Below are positions 21,406-30,717 of a stretch of 64,000 nt of DNA, one piece after another. Position numbers and translations under genes: made by a program. Every line of letters begins with the position of its first letter. Positions within the stretch are counted from its first letter, which is position 1. Below the pieces are notes generated by a model, which had not been told where the DNA came from, did not search any database, and saw only the letters and a list, made by a program, of their open reading frames with translations. The stretch comes from Acidobacteriota bacterium (GTDB lineage Bacteria; Acidobacteriota; Thermoanaerobaculia; Gp7-AA8): assembly GCA_019244185.1 (NCBI GenBank), contig JAFATB010000013.1:96001-160000 (forward strand). Reading direction: 5' to 3'.

Positions 21406-22235
21406 TCTCGCGCCGCGCGTTTTCTTCCACGCTCGTCGCCGGAGCGGCCGCAATGGCGTCGCCGCTGCGACTCGCTGCCGCGACGCCGGCTGCAGCGGTC
21501 GCGCCGCTGCGCATCCAACGCCTGTCGTGGGCGGGCATCCGCCTGGAGACGCCGGAGACGACGCTCTTCATCGATCCGTGGACGTCGAAGGCGGCGTGGG
21601 GCGGCACGTGGCCGCGCCCGATCGTGCCGCTCGAGGCGTCGAGCAAGCGCCGCTCGGTGCTCATCACGCACCTGCACAACGATCACTTCGACGCGGCGGC
21701 GCTGAAGCTGCTGCTGGCCGAAGGCGGCGCGGTGTTCTGCCTCGACAAGCTCGCGCCGGTCGTCGCGTCGAAAGGGCTCGTCGCGCGGCCGGTCGAGCTC
21801 TTTCATCCCGAGGCGTTCGGCGACTTCGTGTTCATCCCCGTGTCCGCCGCGGACGGCTTCGGCGAGACGCAGGTGTCGTGGATCGTGAAGGCCGCGGGCA
21901 TGAACCTCATCCACTGCGGCGACACCGTTTGGCACAGCGGCTTCGAGCTCGACGGCCGCGCGTACGGTCCGTTCGACGTCGCGTTTCTGCCGATGAACGG
22001 CGCCGTGATCCGCGGACGCCCGATCGACGTCGACGTCCCCGCGACAATGACGCCCACGCAGGCGGTCGCCGCGGCGCTGCTGCTGCGCGCGAAGCTGGTC
22101 GTGCCGATCCACTACGGCGTCTCCGAGGACGACTACCGCGAAGAGCCGAACGCGATCGAGGAGACGAAGCAGCTCGCCGCAGCGAAAGGCGTCGCGGTGC
22201 GCTTCGTCGATGAAGGCGAGTGGGTGATCAAGTAG
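21402..22235 (+). CDS. Tat-exported MBL-fold metallo-hydrolase (UlaG/lactamase_B_2-like)
   Basis: Twin-arginine SRRAF, IDPW, THLHNDH, HCGDT, PIHYG. Confidence 0.88.
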   Translation: MISRRAFSSTLVAGAAAMASPLRLAAATPAAAVAPLRIQRLSWAGIRLETPETTLFIDPWTSKAAWGGTWPRPIVPLEASSKRRSVLITHLHNDHFDAAALKLLLAEGGAVFCLDKLAPVVASKGLVARPVELFHPEAFGDFVFIPVSAADGFGETQVSWIVKAAGMNLIHCGDTVWHSGFELDGRAYGPFDVAFLPMNGAVIRGRPIDVDVPATMTPTQAVAAALLLRAKLVVPIHYGVSEDDYREEPNAIEETKQLAAAKGVAVRFVDEGEWVIK

Positions 22236-23502
22236 TTGACCTTCCGTCGCGCGTCCGGTCGCCGATTCGTTCACCGGTGATGAGGCGCGCGCCGCGCTGA
22301 TAGGTGAGGTACGCCCATGCCCACTGCGTGATGACGAGGAAGCGGTTGCGGAAGCCGATGAGAAAGAAGATGTGGATGACCAGCCAGGCCAGCCACGCGA
22401 AGAAGCCGCCGAAGCGGATGCGTCCGAAGTCGGCGACGGCGGCGGCGCGGCCGATCGTCGCCAGGGAGCCTTTGTCGCGGTAGCGGAACGCGCGCAGCGG
22501 CTGTCCTTCGAGCGCGCGCTCGAGATTGCGCGCGGTGTGCTGTCCTTCCTGAATCGCGGCCGGCGCGACGCCGGGCACGAACGCGCCGTCGCGCTGCTTC
22601 GCCGCGGCGAGATCGCCGATTACGAAAACGTCGCGGTGTCCCGGAATCGTCAGCTCCGGCTCGACGAGTACGCGTCCGGCGCGATCGAGCGGCACGCCGA
22701 GCGAATGCGCGAGCGGCGAGGCCTGCACGCCCGCGCCCCACAGCACCGTCCGCGTCGCAATCGAACGCTCGCCGATGCAGACCTCGGTATCGTTGACGCC
22801 AGTGACGATCGCGCCGGTGATGACCTCGACGCCGAGGTGGACGAGTTGCTTGCGCGCGCTCTCGGAGAGCGAGGGAGGATACGGAGGCAGCACGCGCTCG
22901 CGCCCTTCGGTGAGGATGACGCGCGCGCCTTCGGGATGGATGCGGCGGAAGTCGCGGAGCATGGTCTGGCGCGCGATCTCGGAGAGCGCGCCCGCGAGCT
23001 CGACGCCGGTGGGTCCGCCGCCGATCACGACGAACGTGAGCAGCGCCTGCTGCGTCGCGGGATCCTCCTCGCGTTCGGCGGCCTCGAAGGCGAGCAGCAC
23101 GCGGCGGCGGATCTCGAGCGCGTCGTCGATGGTCTTGAGCCCCGGCGCGAAGCGCTCCCATTCGGGATGGCCAAAGTACGAATGCGTGGCGCCGGTGGCG
23201 ATGACGAGATAGTCGTACGCGAGCGTCGCGCCGTCGGCGAGGTGCACCTGTTTCTGTGCAGCGTCGACGGACGTGGCGTCGCCGAGGATCACCTCGACGT
23301 TTTTCTGGTGGCGCAGGATCGCGCGGATCGGCGCGGCGATGTCGCTCGGATTCAGCGCCGCGGTGGCGACCTGATAGAGCAGGGGCTGGAAGAGATGGTA
23401 GTTGTGGCGGTCGACGAGCGTGATCGCGCAGTCGGCGTGCGCGAGACCGCGCGCGGCGTAGAGGCCGGCGAAGCCGCCACCGAGGATGACGACGTGAGAC
23501 AT
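22228..23502 (-). CDS. ndh: Type II NADH:quinone oxidoreductase
   Basis: GGGFAG, FQPLLYQVAT, GGGPTGVELAG, DKGSLATIGR. Confidence 0.93.
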   Translation of the reverse strand: MSHVVILGGGFAGLYAARGLAHADCAITLVDRHNYHLFQPLLYQVATAALNPSDIAAPIRAILRHQKNVEVILGDATSVDAAQKQVHLADGATLAYDYLVIATGATHSYFGHPEWERFAPGLKTIDDALEIRRRVLLAFEAAEREEDPATQQALLTFVVIGGGPTGVELAGALSEIARQTMLRDFRRIHPEGARVILTEGRERVLPPYPPSLSESARKQLVHLGVEVITGAIVTGVNDTEVCIGERSIATRTVLWGAGVQASPLAHSLGVPLDRAGRVLVEPELTIPGHRDVFVIGDLAAAKQRDGAFVPGVAPAAIQEGQHTARNLERALEGQPLRAFRYRDKGSLATIGRAAAVADFGRIRFGGFFAWLAWLVIHIFFLIGFRNRFLVITQWAWAYLTYQRGARLITGERIGDRTRDGRSTT

Positions 23503-23512
23503 CGCGGTGAGT

Positions 23513-23803
23513 TTATGCGGGGTCGTTGCCGAAGCGTTCCGCGAACTCGCGCACGATGCGGCGCATGTCGTCGAGCAACGCGGGATCTTCCGCGAGGCGC
23601 TGTTTGACGGCGACGAGGAACGGCACGTCCGGCTCGTCTTCGGGCGACCCGTTGCGCTCGATGAACTCGAGCCAGCTATCCGGGTTTCCGTCGAAGACGT
23701 TGAGCAGGATCTGAACGCGGGCGAAGTTCTCGGCCACTCCCCAGAAACTCCAACGCGGAGCCCAATCGATCACATCGACCGAGTCGTGCGCACCAAAAGC
23801 CAA
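23513..23803 (-). CDS. Small hypothetical protein (TTG start; start uncertain)
   Basis: AAGGGG 6 nt upstream of TTG; acidic helical sequence. Confidence 0.55.
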   Translation of the reverse strand: MAFGAHDSVDVIDWAPRWSFWGVAENFARVQILLNVFDGNPDSWLEFIERNGSPEDEPDVPFLVAVKQRLAEDPALLDDMRRIVREFAERFGNDPA

Positions 23804-23865
23804 TCAACACCCCTTCACTACGACACTCAACTGAAGGAGTGACGGAGAGAGGGCGTTCCCTACCA

Positions 23866-24267
23866 TCAATCCTTGCCGATCTTTGCGAGCTCAGGCTTGC
23901 CGACCCAGCGGCCCCACGAAAAGCAGCGCGTGCAGGTGAAGGTGTAGTCGGTTACGCCGGTCTCGGGATTCTCCTTCGCCGCGGTCTCCATCTTGGCCTG
24001 GCAGCGGTAGCAGAGGATGGCGTCGCCGCGCTGCAGGTTCTCGACGAAGCCCTCGACCTGCTGGTCGTAGAACTCCATCTGCTTCGGCCGCTGCGGGATC
24101 GTGAGCGTCTCCTTGCCGCGCGAGCAGGTGAGGAAGATGTGATCGGCGAAGGTGGTCTGGACGAAGCTGCCGGTGAGCGTGGCGCCGGGATGGCGCGGGC
24201 AGGCGATCGGTTTCCCGGCCCAGAACGCGCGGGCGAGCTCGCGGGACTGTTCGACTTCGGTCGGCAT
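23866..24267 (-). CDS. Small protein with two zinc-ribbon-like repeats
   Basis: CPRH...TCSRG and CYRC...CTRC; TACAAT 9 nt upstream of the ATG. Confidence 0.75.
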   Translation of the reverse strand: MPTEVEQSRELARAFWAGKPIACPRHPGATLTGSFVQTTFADHIFLTCSRGKETLTIPQRPKQMEFYDQQVEGFVENLQRGDAILCYRCQAKMETAAKENPETGVTDYTFTCTRCFSWGRWVGKPELAKIGKD

Positions 24268-24301
24268 GCGCGCCGAATTGTAGCGGACGCCGCCGCCGCC
24301 G

Positions 24302-25429
24302 TTACCGCCGCGCCGCTTCGATCGCGCGAAAGACGCGGAGGAAGTTCCCGCCGAGGACTTTCGCGACGTCGCCTTCGCTCATGCCGCGATCGAGGAGACG
24401 CGCGGTGAGCAGCGGCAGCCCGGCCGCGGTCGCGAGCTCGGTGGGCAGCGCCGGCACGCCGTCGAAGTCGCTGCCGATGCCGACGTGATCGATGCCCGCG
24501 ACTTCCGCCGCGTGGAAGATGTGATCGGCGACCTGGTCGAGCGTCGCGGACGGACAGCCGAGCGTCTGGAACCACTTCAGGTACGTGTCCCAGTCCGTGC
24601 GATCGTCCGGCAGCTCCTCGGTACCGCCGGTGCCGTCGCGATAGGGATCGGCGCGGCGCTTCTGCGCCTTCATGATCACCTGCGCGACGTCATCGCTGAT
24701 GAACGCGGAGAAGAAGTTGATCATGCAGACGCCGCCGTTCTCCGCGAGCGCGCGGAGCATGTCGTCGGTCATGTTGCGCGGATGGCGGCAGAGCGCGCGG
24801 CACGACGAGTGCGTCGCGACGACCGGCACGCGCGTGGTCTCGATGACGGCGCGGAACGCGTCGTCGGAGACGTGCGAGACGTCGACGATCATGCCGAGGT
24901 CGTTCATCGTGCGCACGACGTCGCGCCCGAAGTCGGTGAGGCCGCCGTGGCGCGGCGCGTCGCCGGACGAGTCGCACCAGTTGTTCGTGTTCACGTGCGT
25001 GAGGGTCAAGTAGCGCGCGCCGCTGGCGTAAAGCTCGCGCAGGATGTCGAGCGAGTCTTCAATGGCGTGGCCGCCTTCGACGCCGATCATGAGCGCGAGC
25101 TTGCCGTCGCGTTTCGCCGCGACGATGCCGTCGCTGTCGTCCGCGAACGTGAGCACGTCGGTGCGGCGCGCAGCTTCCTCGCGGATGATGCGGATCAGCT
25201 TCCGCGCGAAGTCCGCCGCGCCGCGGTTCGCGTAAAACGGCGGGACGTACGCGGCGAAGAACGACGCGGTCACGCCCCCCGCGCTCAGCGACTGCAAATC
25301 CGCCTGCGCCTCGGTATCGTGCTCGTCGAGATGGACGTTGTGCCGGAAGAGGCGATAGGGCGTGTCGCAGTGGGTGTCGACGACGATCGCGCGGCGATGG
25401 ACGTCGTCACTCTTCGCTGAGATAGGCAT
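24302..25429 (-). CDS. Membrane dipeptidase (peptidase M19)
   Basis: DTHCD, IGVEGG, YLTLTH, DVSH, ATHS, RNMTDD, GIGSDFDG. Confidence 0.93.
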   Translation of the reverse strand: MPISAKSDDVHRRAIVVDTHCDTPYRLFRHNVHLDEHDTEAQADLQSLSAGGVTASFFAAYVPPFYANRGAADFARKLIRIIREEAARRTDVLTFADDSDGIVAAKRDGKLALMIGVEGGHAIEDSLDILRELYASGARYLTLTHVNTNNWCDSSGDAPRHGGLTDFGRDVVRTMNDLGMIVDVSHVSDDAFRAVIETTRVPVVATHSSCRALCRHPRNMTDDMLRALAENGGVCMINFFSAFISDDVAQVIMKAQKRRADPYRDGTGGTEELPDDRTDWDTYLKWFQTLGCPSATLDQVADHIFHAAEVAGIDHVGIGSDFDGVPALPTELATAAGLPLLTARLLDRGMSEGDVAKVLGGNFLRVFRAIEAARR

Positions 25430-26081
25430 CGATCCGGTCGAGCTCCTTCACCATCGACGTGAAGTCCGCGAAGAGAAACTCCGCCTTCCCGAGGAGCTCG
25501 CGGGGGAAGCCGCCGCTGAGCACCGCGATGATCGGGATGGGGATGCGATGCGCGGAGAGGATGTCGTACGGCGTGTCGCCGACGGCGAAGGTCCGTTCCG
25601 GATCGCTGCCCACCTGATCGAGCGCGGCCTGAAAAATCTCGGGAGACGGTTTCGAGAACTGCGCGTCTTTCTTCGACGTCGATCCCTCGAGGAGATCGGC
25701 GGCGTCGAGAAGCTCGACATAGTACTCGACCTCGTCCGGATTCGAAGACGATGCGAAGGCGAGCTTGATGCCGCGCGCGGCGAGGACGTCGAGCCCCTCG
25801 CGCACGCCGGGGAACGGCTGCACCGTGCGCATGTAGGTCTCGGTCCAGAGCTTGCCGCGGAACTTCTTCAGCTCTTCGCCGAAGCGCTGCATCTCGCGCG
25901 CGCTGAGCGTGTCGGGCACGAGGAGATCGCCGCCCTTGCCGATCTGCGCGCGGATGACGTCGCGCGGGATGTCTTTCCCGAATTTCGCGAACGCCTCGAT
26001 CCAGCAGTCGGCGTGTTTGTCGTTGGAGTCGACGAGCGTGCCGTCGATGTCGAGAAGGAGCGCTTCGATGTGTCGCGTCAC
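25407..26081 (-). CDS. HAD-superfamily hydrolase
   Basis: DIDGTLVDS, SS, KPSP, VGDTPYD. Confidence 0.92.
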   Translation of the reverse strand: MTRHIEALLLDIDGTLVDSNDKHADCWIEAFAKFGKDIPRDVIRAQIGKGGDLLVPDTLSAREMQRFGEELKKFRGKLWTETYMRTVQPFPGVREGLDVLAARGIKLAFASSSNPDEVEYYVELLDAADLLEGSTSKKDAQFSKPSPEIFQAALDQVGSDPERTFAVGDTPYDILSAHRIPIPIIAVLSGGFPRELLGKAEFLFADFTSMVKELDRIDAYLSEE

Positions 26082-26800
26082 GCGCGCGGACGTAGCAACT
26101 TCTGTGCGATGTAGACGGCGTGCCCTTTCGGCACCCGCGCGCCCGCGCCGTAGCCGCGCGCGACGCGCACGCGGAATCCGGCGCCGCGCAGCAATGCGAG
26201 CAACTCGGCGCGGTCGTACAGCTCGAGCGTATGCGTCTCGTCGTCGCGCGCGACGCGGCCGTCGAGCTCGCGAAAGCTGAGCACGCGCCGCGTCAGCGTC
26301 CGCCCATCACTTTCACGCACGACGATGACGCTCCAGTCCTTGCCATCGACGCGATGCTCGTCGTGCGCCGGATACGAGTCGCGTTCGGCGACGTCGAAGA
26401 GCAGGAGTCCGTTCGCGCGCAATGCCGTCGAGGCGCGCGCGACGAACGCGCGGACGTCGTCGAACGTGCCGTAGTTCAGCACCTCGCCGACGGCGACGAT
26501 CGCGTTCGCATCCGGCAGCTCGGCGCTCGCGAACGAACCCTGAGCGAACCGCGCACGCGGCGCCGTTTCCCTCGCGATCGCCAGCATCGCCTCGGAGGCA
26601 TCGATGCCGAAGACGTCGAAGCCCGCGTGCGTCAGCTCGCGCGCGAGGACGCCGCTGCCGCAGCCGGTGTCGACGACGAGTCCCTCGCGAATACCGTTCC
26701 GCCAAAGCCGCTCGAGGATGCCGAGCGAAGCCGCCTCCGCGAACCCGGTGAACCCTACGTGATGGATGTACGCAAGATCATCGCGATAGTGACTCGTCAT
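26078..26800 (-). CDS. Class I SAM-dependent methyltransferase
   Basis: VVDTGCGSG, GIDASEAML. Confidence 0.9.
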   Translation of the reverse strand: MTSHYRDDLAYIHHVGFTGFAEAASLGILERLWRNGIREGLVVDTGCGSGVLARELTHAGFDVFGIDASEAMLAIARETAPRARFAQGSFASAELPDANAIVAVGEVLNYGTFDDVRAFVARASTALRANGLLLFDVAERDSYPAHDEHRVDGKDWSVIVVRESDGRTLTRRVLSFRELDGRVARDDETHTLELYDRAELLALLRGAGFRVRVARGYGAGARVPKGHAVYIAQKLLRPRA

Positions 26801-26884
26801 CGAGAAATTCAGTGCAGCCGCACGTGCCGATAGGCTAGGCCCTAAGCGCAGCCGGCCGCGCCGGCCCGCCGGAGGCGCTCCCCG

Positions 26885-28300
26885 TCAATGTTCGTGCGCC
26901 CTGAGAAACGTCTCCGGCTTCGAGAACACCTTCGCGATGTTCATCCCCTTGCGCACGGCGCTCAGCGTCACCTTGCGGGTCGCGAGCGCGGCGCCGAGCT
27001 GGAGATACGTCTTCACCTTGCCCTTGTAGCGGTAGCGGACGTCGAGCGCGTGGCGCCAGAGCGCGGAGTATTCGGCGTAGAACTCGTCGAGCGGCAGCTT
27101 CGTCGGCAGCACGGTGTGGACGATGTCGTACATCTCCCACTCGTGCGTCGTCACCTGCTTCTTCGCGTGGTCCCAGAGATCGGTGCCGGGGAGCGGCGTG
27201 AGGATCGAGAAGCCGCTGTTGTAAGCGCCGGTCTGATCGATCCAGTCGCGGAGGCGCGCGAAATCGTCGCGGTCCCACGCGGGATCGACGATGAAGTTCG
27301 GCGTGAAGCCGACGCCGAGGTCCTTGAGGATCTGGATCGCGCGGACGTTGTTGTCGGCGGTGTTCTTCTTGTTGACCGCTTTGAGGCCTTCGTCGGTGAC
27401 GGATTCGAGGCCGAGGAAGATCGCGAGGTCGCCGCAGTCCTTCCACTGCTCGATGAGATGCGGGAACTTGCAGATGATGTCGGTGCGCGTCTGCACGGTG
27501 AAGTACTTGCGGATGCCGGACGCCTTGATCTGCTTCGCCATCTCCTCGCCGCGGCGCACGTTCATCCAGAAGATGTCGTCGGTGATGAAGACGTTCGGCG
27601 CGGCGATCTGCTCGAGCTCCTTCACCACGCGCTCGGGCGACTTCTCGCGGAACGTCGACTCGTGAAACTTCCAGACCGAGCAGAAGTTGCACTTGAACGG
27701 GCAGCCGCGCGCGGTCTCCATGAGCGCGAGCGGCTTGCGGAAGTTGATGTAGTAGTGATCGGCATAGCGCGCGATGAGATGGCGCGCCGGCATCGGATAC
27801 GAGTCGAGGTTCGGACGCGCGTCGGCGGCGCCGGTGTAGACCCACGCGCCGTTGCGCGGCACCTCGATGCCCTTGATCGCGGTGAGGTCCTTGCCGCGCG
27901 CGAGCGCGTCGACGAGCGGCGGCAGCACTTCCTCGCCGTCGCCGGCCGCGATCGCGTCGATGGCCGGATTGCGGAACCAGTCGGGATCGCGCGAGGCGTC
28001 GTGGCCGCCGATGACGATGAATGCGCGCGGCATCTCGCGGCGGATGCGCTGCGCGAGGCGGATCGTGCGGTTGCGCTCCGTCGTGAAGTTGCACTGCAGC
28101 CCGACCACGTCGGGATTGAACGTGCGGCAATCGGCCATGCCGCGTTCCTCGCCGTCGATGCGCAGATCGAACACCGCGCACGTGTGCCCTTCCGCCTCGA
28201 GGCACGCCGCCACGCAGATCGGCCCGAGCGGCTCGACGAACGTGAGCATCTCCAGGCCGAGAATGCCGCCGACCGGCGGCTTCAGAAACGCGATTTTCAT
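26885..28300 (-). CDS. Cobalamin-dependent radical SAM methyltransferase, HpnR (hopanoid C-3 methylase)-like
   Basis: EPLG B12-binding N-terminus, RGCPFKCNFC (CxxxCxxC), DPAWDRDDF, TPLPGT, YDIVHTVLPTKLPLDEFY. Confidence 0.85.
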   Translation of the reverse strand: MKIAFLKPPVGGILGLEMLTFVEPLGPICVAACLEAEGHTCAVFDLRIDGEERGMADCRTFNPDVVGLQCNFTTERNRTIRLAQRIRREMPRAFIVIGGHDASRDPDWFRNPAIDAIAAGDGEEVLPPLVDALARGKDLTAIKGIEVPRNGAWVYTGAADARPNLDSYPMPARHLIARYADHYYINFRKPLALMETARGCPFKCNFCSVWKFHESTFREKSPERVVKELEQIAAPNVFITDDIFWMNVRRGEEMAKQIKASGIRKYFTVQTRTDIICKFPHLIEQWKDCGDLAIFLGLESVTDEGLKAVNKKNTADNNVRAIQILKDLGVGFTPNFIVDPAWDRDDFARLRDWIDQTGAYNSGFSILTPLPGTDLWDHAKKQVTTHEWEMYDIVHTVLPTKLPLDEFYAEYSALWRHALDVRYRYKGKVKTYLQLGAALATRKVTLSAVRKGMNIAKVFSKPETFLRAHEH

Positions 28301-28365
28301 CTGACGGTGCCGCCACGGTAGCAGATGCGCCGGGACTTCACGATGGCGATTACAATCCGCGCCGC

Positions 28366-29589
28366 ATGAATCTGGCGCGCGCGATCGCGTGGCGTTACCT
28401 CCGCCGGCCGACCGACAACCTCGTGTCCGCCGTCGGCGTGGTCTCCGTTCTCGGCCTAATCATCGGCGTCATGGCGCTCGTGATCTCGATGGCGCTGATG
28501 ACCGGCTATCGCCGCGATCTGCAGGAGAAGTTGCTGGGCGGCAACGCCGAAGTCTTCGTCTACTCCGTCAGCGGGATGATGAACGATCCCGCCCGCGTCC
28601 TCGGACTCGTGCGCGGCGCGAGCGGCGTGCAGGAAGCGTCGCCAGTTCTGTATCAACATGCAGTCGTGACGACCGAGACGAACCGCACCGGTTCCGAGGT
28701 CATGCTCAAAGGCATCGAGCCGGGACGCGGGAAAACGTCGCAGATGCTCGCGAAGATCATCGGTCCGCGCGCGCGTTTCGAGACGGCATCGGGGGAGCGC
28801 GGCGTCTCGATCGGCAAGTACCTCGCGACGAAGCTCGGCGTGAAAGCGGGCGACGCGATCAGCATCACCGTCGCCGCGGGCACGCAGGAAGGCTTCCTCC
28901 CGCGCAGCGGCACGTTCCTCGTGACGAACGTCTTCGCCACCGGCTTCTACGAATTCGACGCGCGCTGGCTCTTCGTCGATCTGCGCGACGCGCAGAGTCT
29001 CGTCGGCCCCGGCTCGGCGTCGAATCTCATCGAGGTGAAACTGAAGCCCGGCGCGGACATCGACCGCGTCGTCACCGACATCGAACGGCGCACCGGCGGG
29101 CGTTACGCCGTGAGCGACTGGCGCGAGATGAACCGGCCGCTCTTCTCGATGTTGCGCCTGCAGCAGCGCATCCTCTTCATCGTCATCGGCCTCATCGTCT
29201 TCGTCTCGACGTTCAACATCGTTTCGACCCTGATCATGACCGTGCAGGAGAAGCGGCGCGAGATCGGGATCCTGCGCTCGATGGGCGCGGAAGGGCGGAT
29301 GGTGCGGCGCATCTTCATCTGGTACGGCACGATGGTCGGCGTCGCGGGGACGGCGGCGGGCGTCGCGTTCGGGACGCTCATCTGCTGGATCCTCACGCGC
29401 TTCGAGCTCGTGTCGTTCCCGCCGGAGATCGCCGAGGTGTACTTCGTGTCGTCGATTCCGTTCGTCACGCGGCCTGGCGATCTTGCGGTGATCGCGCTGT
29501 TCTCGATGTTCGTCTCGTTCGCGGCGACGATCCTGCCGAGCATGCGCGCGGCGCGGCTCGATCCGGTCGAAGCATTGCGCTACGAATGA
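28366..29589 (+). CDS. Lipoprotein-releasing ABC transporter permease (LolC/LolE family)
   Basis: IAWRYLR, IGVMALVI, GFYEFD, EKRREIGILRSMGA, RAARLDPVEALRYE. Confidence 0.92.
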   Translation: MNLARAIAWRYLRRPTDNLVSAVGVVSVLGLIIGVMALVISMALMTGYRRDLQEKLLGGNAEVFVYSVSGMMNDPARVLGLVRGASGVQEASPVLYQHAVVTTETNRTGSEVMLKGIEPGRGKTSQMLAKIIGPRARFETASGERGVSIGKYLATKLGVKAGDAISITVAAGTQEGFLPRSGTFLVTNVFATGFYEFDARWLFVDLRDAQSLVGPGSASNLIEVKLKPGADIDRVVTDIERRTGGRYAVSDWREMNRPLFSMLRLQQRILFIVIGLIVFVSTFNIVSTLIMTVQEKRREIGILRSMGAEGRMVRRIFIWYGTMVGVAGTAAGVAFGTLICWILTRFELVSFPPEIAEVYFVSSIPFVTRPGDLAVIALFSMFVSFAATILPSMRAARLDPVEALRYE

Positions 29590-29612
29590 CGCCCGTATAA
29601 TCGCGCCGGTCC

Positions 29613-30713
29613 ATGACACGCGCACGACTCGTTCTCGAAGACGGCACGGTGTACGAAGGCGAATCGTTCGGAGCGACCGCCGACGCCATCGGCGAAGTCG
29701 TCTTCAACACTTCTCTCACCGGCTACCAGGAGATCGCGACCGATCCGTCGTACCGCTTCCAGATCGTCGTGATGACCTATCCGCACATCGGCAACTACGG
29801 CGTGGAAGACCTCGTGCGGCAGAGCGACGCGCCGCAGGTGGCCGGCTTCGTCGTCCGCGACGCGGTGGAAGAGCCGTCGAACGCACGCGCGGAGATGTCG
29901 CTCGGCGACTACTTCGCGCGCACGCGCATTTCCGCGATCTCCGGCATCGACACGCGCGCGCTGACGCGGCGCATCCGCAACGAGGGCGCGATGCGCGGCA
30001 TGATCACGACCGACGTCACGCGCTCGGTCGACGCGATCGTCGGCGAGCTGCGGCAGTCGCCGTCGATGGCGGGACTCGACCTCGTGCAGCGCGTGACGGC
30101 GCTGCGGCCCTATCCGTTCGAAGAAGAGCCGCACGAGCGCAAGCTCAATGTTGCCGTGTATGACTTCGGCGTCAAGCGCGACATCCTCCGCCAGCTCGTG
30201 CGGCAGGGATGCAACGTCACGGTGTATCCCGCGACGACGCACGCCGACGAGATCCTCGCGCGCGACTACGACGGCGTGCTGCTCTCGAACGGCCCCGGCG
30301 ATCCCGAGCCGGTGACGTACGCACACGAGAACATCCGCCAGCTCGTCGGCAAGCTCCCTGTCTTCGGCATCTGCCTCGGCCACCAGCTCCTCGGCATCGC
30401 CCTCGGCGGCCGGACGTACAAGCTCAAGTTCGGCCACCGCGGCGGCAACCATCCGGTCAAGGACCTGCGCAGCGGCCGCGTCGAGATCACCGCGCAGAAC
30501 CACGGCTTCTCCGTCGATCCCGACTCGCTCAGCGAGAACGATGTCGAGTACACGCACATCAATCTCAACGACCAGACGCTGGAAGGCTTCCGCCACCGGC
30601 GCGAGCCGGTCGTGGCCGTGCAATACCACCCCGAGTCCGCGCCCGGACCGCATGACTCGTTCTATCTCTTCGACGACTTCGTCGCGATGATGAAGGAGTG
30701 GAAGAAGGAGTGA
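29613..30713 (+). CDS. carA: Carbamoyl-phosphate synthase small subunit
   Basis: GEVVFNT, GYQE, TDPSY, SNGPGDP, GICLGHQ, QYHPE. Confidence 0.97.
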   Translation: MTRARLVLEDGTVYEGESFGATADAIGEVVFNTSLTGYQEIATDPSYRFQIVVMTYPHIGNYGVEDLVRQSDAPQVAGFVVRDAVEEPSNARAEMSLGDYFARTRISAISGIDTRALTRRIRNEGAMRGMITTDVTRSVDAIVGELRQSPSMAGLDLVQRVTALRPYPFEEEPHERKLNVAVYDFGVKRDILRQLVRQGCNVTVYPATTHADEILARDYDGVLLSNGPGDPEPVTYAHENIRQLVGKLPVFGICLGHQLLGIALGGRTYKLKFGHRGGNHPVKDLRSGRVEITAQNHGFSVDPDSLSENDVEYTHINLNDQTLEGFRHRREPVVAVQYHPESAPGPHDSFYLFDDFVAMMKEWKKE

Positions 30714-30717
30714 GGCG

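Noticed and set aside
29613-30713. carA without an adjacent carB
   Set aside because: Separated carA and carB genes are common.
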